Assembly (NCBI RefSeq): GCF_003668955.1
Contig: NZ_RAWO01000002.1
Location: forward strand, 471,605-535,604
DNA from: Corallococcus sp. AB038B
GTDB lineage: Bacteria; Myxococcota; Myxococcia; Myxococcales; Myxococcaceae
Reading direction: 5' to 3'
DNA length: 64,000 bases
Below are positions 59,324 through 64,000 of this stretch, piece by piece. Position numbers and translations under genes: made by a program. Numbering within the stretch: the stretch's first letter is position 1; the number at the start of each line of letters is the position of its first letter. Under the pieces are notes generated by a model, which saw nothing but the letters and a program-made list of their open reading frames with translations, made no database searches and was not told where the DNA came from.

Positions 59324-60630
59324 CCACCGCCATTGCGTCTCCGGACGCCATCGTGCTCCGCAACGTGGTGAAGAGCTTCCGGAAGAGCACCATCCGGCGC
59401 GAGTACACCACCATCAAGTCGGAGCTCATCCGCCTCCTGCGTGGCCAGCGCGACACGGACGGCAAGTCCATGATCGAAGCGCTCCGGGGCATTGACCTGG
59501 TGGTGCCCCGCGGCAAGACGGTGGGCATCATCGGGCGCAACGGCTCCGGCAAGAGCACGCTGCTCAAGCTCATCTCCGGCATCTACACGCCGACCACGGG
59601 CACCATCGACATCAACGGGCGCATCAGCGCGCTGTTGGACCTGGGCGCGGGCTTCCACCCGGACTTCTCCGGCCGGGAGAACATCCTCATCAACGGCATC
59701 ATCCTGGGGATGTCGCGCGCGGAGGTGAAGGAGCGGATGGAGGAGATCATCTCCTTCAGCGAGCTGGGCGACTTCATCGACGAGCCGGTGCGCACCTACT
59801 CCAGCGGCATGTACATGCGTCTGGCGTTCTCCGTGGCCACGCACGTGGATCCGGACATCCTCATCATCGACGAGATCCTCGCCGTCGGTGACGAGCACTT
59901 CGGCAAGAAGAGCCTGGCGAAGATGACGGAGTTCAAGCGGGCCGGGAAGACCATCGTCATCGTCACCCACGACCTGGGGACGCTGGAGCGCTGGTGCGAC
60001 CTGGGCGCGTGGATCGACGCCGGGCGCATCCGCGAGTTCGGTCCGCCCGCGGACGTCATCCGCAGCTACCGTCGCGCGGTGGCGCTGGCGGAGGAGCGCG
60101 GCATGTCCATGGAGGCGCCCGCGCTGGCGTCGGACGGCGGTGCGCTGCCGTCGCTGGCGGCGCCCCAGGCCGAACCGTCTCCGCTGACCGTGGACGCGGT
60201 GCGGCTGCTGGGCCGGGACGGCGCGGCGGTGGAGTTCGTGGACACCGAGGACGGCCTGGAGCTGAGCGTGGCGTACACCGCGCGCACGCCCGCGCCGGAG
60301 CTGGGCCTGGGGCTGGAGCTCTCCCGGGCGGACGGGGTGCTGGTGCACGCCACGGACACGTTCGCGGAGGATGTTTCCTTCTGCGCGGCGGCGGCCGGCA
60401 GCGGGACGGTGCGCTTCGTGGTGGACCGGCTGGGCCTCACCGCGGGGCGCTACGCGTTCACGGTGGTGGTGCGCGACCGGGCAGGGCAGGTGCGGGAGAA
60501 GCGCGAGGCGGCGTGCTCCTTCGAGGTGCGCTCCAGCGTGCGGGACGGAGGCCTGACGCGGCCTCCGCACCGGTGGATCGTGGAGGGCGTCGCGGCTCGC
60601 GTGGCGCCAGTGCGAGACGTCGGCTCGTGA
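59320..60630 (+). CDS. wzt: Polysaccharide export ABC ATPase (Wzt) with ~170-aa C-terminal extension
   Basis: Walker A GRNGSGKST, signature YSSGMYMRLAF, Walker B ILIIDE. The C-terminal beta-rich region is typical of the O-antigen-binding domain of Wzt proteins. Confidence 0.85.
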   Translation: MTTAIASPDAIVLRNVVKSFRKSTIRREYTTIKSELIRLLRGQRDTDGKSMIEALRGIDLVVPRGKTVGIIGRNGSGKSTLLKLISGIYTPTTGTIDINGRISALLDLGAGFHPDFSGRENILINGIILGMSRAEVKERMEEIISFSELGDFIDEPVRTYSSGMYMRLAFSVATHVDPDILIIDEILAVGDEHFGKKSLAKMTEFKRAGKTIVIVTHDLGTLERWCDLGAWIDAGRIREFGPPADVIRSYRRAVALAEERGMSMEAPALASDGGALPSLAAPQAEPSPLTVDAVRLLGRDGAAVEFVDTEDGLELSVAYTARTPAPELGLGLELSRADGVLVHATDTFAEDVSFCAAAAGSGTVRFVVDRLGLTAGRYAFTVVVRDRAGQVREKREAACSFEVRSSVRDGGLTRPPHRWIVEGVAARVAPVRDVGS

Positions 60631-61478
60631 GCGGCCCTGCTTCGGCGAATGGGGGGGGGCCGGGCATCTGGCTGGGCATCGTGCTTTACCGGAACCCGGA
60701 GCGGGAGCTGGAGCGACTGTGGGAGTCGCTCCGGTGGAACCGAGAGGTCCCGGGTGCACCCGCGTTCCGGGTCGTCTGGATGGACAACTCGCCGGACGAC
60801 ACGCTGCGCTCGCGGGTGGCGCGGCTGGACGCGGACGCGGACTACCGTCACGCCGGCAGGAACCTGGGCTTCGGGGCCGCGCACAACCGGCTGATGACGG
60901 AGGCCTTCGGTTCGGGCGGGGCGCGGTACTACGTCTGCGTGAACCCGGACGGGCTCCTGCATCCGGACTGCGTGCGGGAGCTGGCGCGGGTGGCGGATCA
61001 GCGGGCGGACACGGGGCTGGTGGAGGCCCGGCTGTTCCCGGACGAGCACCCCAAGCCGTACCATCCGGCGACGGGCGAGACGCCCTGGTGCAGCGGCTGC
61101 GTGCTGCTCGTGACGAAGAAGTTGCACGCGACGGTGGGCGGCTTCGACGAGCGCTTCTTCATGTACTGCGAGGATGTGGACCTGTCGTGGCGGGCGAGGG
61201 CCTCCGGGCTGTCCATCCGGGTGGCGCCCTCCGCGCTGGTGCACCACTACACCGTCACCCGGGAGGAGAGCCCGGTGCGCGAGCGGATGGTCCGCCGCAG
61301 CGCGGTCCTGCTCGGGGCGAAGTACGGTGACGCGGCCTTCACGAACGCCCGCATGCGGGAGTACGCGCAGCTGGGCGGCGAGCCATTCCAGACGCCCGAC
61401 ATCCTCAAGCCCGGGCGGCGGCTCGCGGGCATCGCGGACTTCAGGCACCATCTGGAGTTCGCTCGGAGGCGCTGGTGA
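60627..61478 (+). CDS. wbgA: Family-2 glycosyltransferase (rhamnosyltransferase-like)
   Basis: GT2 motifs incl. ERFFMYCEDVDLSWRA. GTG 60627 overlaps the wzt stop (GTGA). An alternative ATG at 60649 sits in the +1 frame before a G9 tract. The symbol rests only on position after wzm-wzt, as in M. xanthus. Confidence 0.7.
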   Translation: MSGPASANGGGPGIWLGIVLYRNPERELERLWESLRWNREVPGAPAFRVVWMDNSPDDTLRSRVARLDADADYRHAGRNLGFGAAHNRLMTEAFGSGGARYYVCVNPDGLLHPDCVRELARVADQRADTGLVEARLFPDEHPKPYHPATGETPWCSGCVLLVTKKLHATVGGFDERFFMYCEDVDLSWRARASGLSIRVAPSALVHHYTVTREESPVRERMVRRSAVLLGAKYGDAAFTNARMREYAQLGGEPFQTPDILKPGRRLAGIADFRHHLEFARRRW

Positions 61479-62896
61479 ACGCTCTGTCCGAAGAGGCGCC
61501 TCCGTCCGTCGCGTCCGCGCGGTGGATGGAGCTGGTGCTGTCGCGTGCGCACGCGGGCGCGGCGGTGTGCCTGGTCGGCGCGTCGCCTGCGCTGGCGGAG
61601 GCTCTGCGGGCTCGGGGCGGCTCCGTGCGGGAGCTGCCGGGGCCGGAGTGGAAGCGGGGCAAGGGTCCCGCGCCGACGCTCGTGGTGCTGGAGGGCGACG
61701 CGGTCGAGCGGTTGCTGGAGGAAGGGCTGGAGGCGCTGCGGCGCGAGGCACCGGGGGCGGAGCTGGTGTTCAGCTTGCGCAACGCCGGTTCGGCGCGGGC
61801 GCTGATGGGCGCGCTGACGGGTGACGCGCCGGTGCGCGCGGGGCTCTCCGAACAGCGGATGCTGCGGCTGCTGGCCGAAGCCGGCTACCGCGTGGCGCAC
61901 CGTGAGGTGGTGCCGTGCGCGTCCGGGGGCACGGCGCTGGCGGAGGACACCGCGCAGGCGCTGCGGGCGCTGCTGGCCCAGCTGTCGCCGTCCACGCAGG
62001 TGGAGGAGGGGCTCTACGTCGCGGTGCCGGACGGGCCCGTGCGCGCGCCGGTAGCGGGACTGCTCAGCGTCGTCGTCACGGTGGAGCCGGGGACTCGGGA
62101 CGCGGCGCTCGACGAGGCTCTCTTCGCGCTGGCCTGTCAGGAGCAGCAGCCGCTGGAGCTCCTGCTCGCGGCGCCCGAGGGCGTGGACCTGTCCGCCGCG
62201 GAGGCGGCGCTGGAGCGCTACGGCAGACTGGGGTCGTTCCAGGCTCGCACCGTGCGCGCGCCCTCGGGGGCTCTGTACGCGGAGGCCGTGCGCGAGGCCC
62301 GGGGACAGTACCTGGCGTTCGTGGATGCTCGGTGCGTGGTGTACCCGCGTCACTTCGTGGAGTTGGTGCGCGCGCTCCAGACGGGCCGTGAGGCCTGGGC
62401 GTTGGCGCGGGCGTTCCGCACCGAGTGGGCGTCCGGTGAGGGGACTCCGCCGTACGTGCGCGCGAAGGTGCCTTTCCCGCTGGGTGAGCGGCTGGAGGTG
62501 GAGCACCTGGTGATCCACCCGGAACTCGTCCACGCGATGGTGATTGACCGGAGTCGCATCGGGCCCTTCCCGGTGGCGATGGAGTCGGGACTTGGGGACC
62601 TGCCGGCGCGGCTGGGGGCGCTGTTTCCACCGGTGTTCCTGGGCGGTATCGCCTCGTGTGAGGTACGCGGTCCGCGCGAGCCGCCGTCCGTCGCCGTGGC
62701 TCCGGGGACCTGGCTGGTGCGCCCGCTGGATGCCTGGGTGGACGTCGTGGCGCGGATCCGCGAAGAGACGCTCCAGGCCAGGGAGTTCCGCCACCGGGTG
62801 GTGGACATGCTGAATGCCCGCGTCCACGGCATCCCCTGGGTCCACGGTACGCTCAAGGCCCTGGCGAATCGGCTCAAATCCGGCAGCGGGCGCTGA
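61475..62896 (+). CDS. Hypothetical protein with N-terminal Rossmann/methyltransferase-like region and C-terminal glycosyltransferase-like region
   Basis: 473 aa. GTGA overlap with the upstream GT2 gene. Weak MTase motif-I-like AAVCLVGASPALAEAL and a GT-A-like segment QYLAFVDARCVVYPRHF. Domain assignments are tentative. Confidence 0.5.
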   Translation: MNALSEEAPPSVASARWMELVLSRAHAGAAVCLVGASPALAEALRARGGSVRELPGPEWKRGKGPAPTLVVLEGDAVERLLEEGLEALRREAPGAELVFSLRNAGSARALMGALTGDAPVRAGLSEQRMLRLLAEAGYRVAHREVVPCASGGTALAEDTAQALRALLAQLSPSTQVEEGLYVAVPDGPVRAPVAGLLSVVVTVEPGTRDAALDEALFALACQEQQPLELLLAAPEGVDLSAAEAALERYGRLGSFQARTVRAPSGALYAEAVREARGQYLAFVDARCVVYPRHFVELVRALQTGREAWALARAFRTEWASGEGTPPYVRAKVPFPLGERLEVEHLVIHPELVHAMVIDRSRIGPFPVAMESGLGDLPARLGALFPPVFLGGIASCEVRGPREPPSVAVAPGTWLVRPLDAWVDVVARIREETLQAREFRHRVVDMLNARVHGIPWVHGTLKALANRLKSGSGR

Positions 62897-62900
62897 GACG

Positions 62901-64000
62901 ATGGGCACCGCCGACAGTGACGGCCCACGTGGCTCGCGGGAGACGCCGGGCGTCGAGGCAGCGACGTTGGATGCGGCCGACCGGAAGTCATCCTCCGTTG
63001 CGGAGTCCGCGTCGGGACCTCCAGGCGGCCGGGCGCATCCGCCGCGCGATATCTTCGTCGAGGTGTTGGGCTTCGATGTGCCTCAGTCGCACCGCGCGCG
63101 CTGGGGGCCGGTCATCACCGCCGCCAAACGCTTGGGGACGCGGGGGCTCTCGCCCTTGCAGCGCTGGGTGCTGGATCGCCAGCTGCGCTTCGACCTGCGG
63201 CTGAGGGCATTGATCCGGCAGCCGGAGCGGACACTGCCGGAGCTGGCCCGCGAGGAGCTCGGGCGACTCGCGGATCCTCGGCCCGTGGGCGCGGTGGGCC
63301 GCTGGCTTCCCTCCGTGCCCGGGCTGGAGGCACAGCGGGCCTGGAACCTCGCAGTCGTGGCCCTGCTCTCCAGACCTGGATGGCCCCTCCGGACCGAAGG
63401 TGCCGCCGAGGCACTGGACGCGCTGGAGGCCCGCTGCGACGTGCTGTCGCAAGAGGCCGGTGCGGTGGGCCTGCCCTTGTGGCGCGAGCTGTGGCGGCGG
63501 CAGGTCGCCTTCAATCACGCGACCGTCCGCCTGTTGCGGCACCTTCTGGGCGTGGCCCGTCCCGCCGTGTTGTTGCCCGCGCCGGTGGGGTACACGCGCG
63601 ACGCCCTGGAGCAGGAGGCCCACGAGGTCTGCGACGCGACCGCCGCGCTGGCACGGCTGGAGCGCCAGCCGCTGATCAGTCTGGTCACGCCCGCGTGGGA
63701 GACGCCGGTGGACGTCCTCCGCGCATGTGTCGCGTCCGTGCGTGCGCAGGTGTATCCGCACTGGGAATTGTGCATCGTCGACGACGGGTCGCGCTCGGCG
63801 GCGGTGGCGGACACGCTGCGAGAGGCCGCGGCCGGCGACGCGCGCATCCGCTTCGAGCGGCTGGAGTCGAACCAGGGCATCGCCCGCGCGACCAACGCCG
63901 CGCTGGCCCTGGCCACCGGCGATTACGTGGGTTTCCTCGACCACGACGATCTGCTGGCGCCGCACGCGCTGGCCGAGGTCGCGCTGCGGCTGGGTGAAGC
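62901..64000 (+). CDS. Family-2 glycosyltransferase with ~230-aa N-terminal extension (3' end beyond window)
   Basis: The frame is open from ATG 62901 to the window end, so it is not in the ORF track. C-terminal part has LISLVTPAWETPVDVLRACVASVRAQVYPHWELCIVDDGS ... GDYVGFLDHDDLLAPHAL (classic GT2 DXD region). Confidence 0.7.
   Translation, partial: MGTADSDGPRGSRETPGVEAATLDAADRKSSSVAESASGPPGGRAHPPRDIFVEVLGFDVPQSHRARWGPVITAAKRLGTRGLSPLQRWVLDRQLRFDLRLRALIRQPERTLPELAREELGRLADPRPVGAVGRWLPSVPGLEAQRAWNLAVVALLSRPGWPLRTEGAAEALDALEARCDVLSQEAGAVGLPLWRELWRRQVAFNHATVRLLRHLLGVARPAVLLPAPVGYTRDALEQEAHEVCDATAALARLERQPLISLVTPAWETPVDVLRACVASVRAQVYPHWELCIVDDGSRSAAVADTLREAAAGDARIRFERLESNQGIARATNAALALATGDYVGFLDHDDLLAPHALAEVALRLGE

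Overview
High-GC (roughly 68-70%) myxobacterial chromosome segment. Gene content and order (bacN-bacO-bacP-padC, pyrE, nadB, pgsA, two tRNA-Gly, wzm-wzt-GT2) match what I recall of Myxococcus xanthus DK1622 around MXAN_4619-4680. The source is therefore most likely M. xanthus or a close relative. All protein calls are motif recognition by eye on the six-frame track; no database search was run. Frames were chosen by domain motifs, operon-style start/stop overlaps (ATGA/GTGA), Shine-Dalgarno-like GGAGG upstream, and rejection of Arg/His/Pro-rich antisense frames. Coordinates are hand-indexed, so small features may be off by a nucleotide or two; between 42165 and 42356 my reading and the ORF track disagree by one nucleotide. 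The window holds about 60 genes. Left part: a truncated cheA-like kinase, a PAS-LuxR regulator, DUF72, Smr, a RapA-like SNF2 helicase, a MoxR/DUF58 pair, a HEAT-cyclophilin lipoprotein, REC-HD-GYP, a HadA/HadB-like dehydratase pair plus acyl-CoA dehydrogenase, and ExbB/ExbD. Central part, the accessory region of most interest: a lipoprotein, then two tandem MshEN (GspE N-terminal, predicted c-di-GMP-binding) domain-only proteins translationally coupled to an orphan OppD/OppF ABC-ATPase pair, a DUF2085 protein and an ECF sigma/anti-sigma pair. This is followed directly by an incomplete Tad/Flp-like locus (Flp-type prepilin, CpaB, TadB, TadC, two membrane FHA proteins) with no ATPase, secretin or prepilin peptidase in the window. 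I suspect this is kil cluster 2 of the M. xanthus contact-dependent prey-killing Tad-like system, but that rests on memory and needs checking. Right part: xseA-xseB-CheY-ispA-dxs-tlyA, a hybrid kinase with degenerate GGDEF, bacNOP-padC, housekeeping genes, two tandem tRNA-Gly(GCC), and an ABC-transporter-dependent polysaccharide locus (wzm, wzt with C-terminal extension, three glycosyltransferase-like genes). Several smaller oddities are reported: two N-terminal domains encoded in frame with no canonical start codon, a G9 tract at a glycosyltransferase start, and palindromes and promoter/terminator candidates. No CRISPR array, transposase, integrase or prophage signature was seen.
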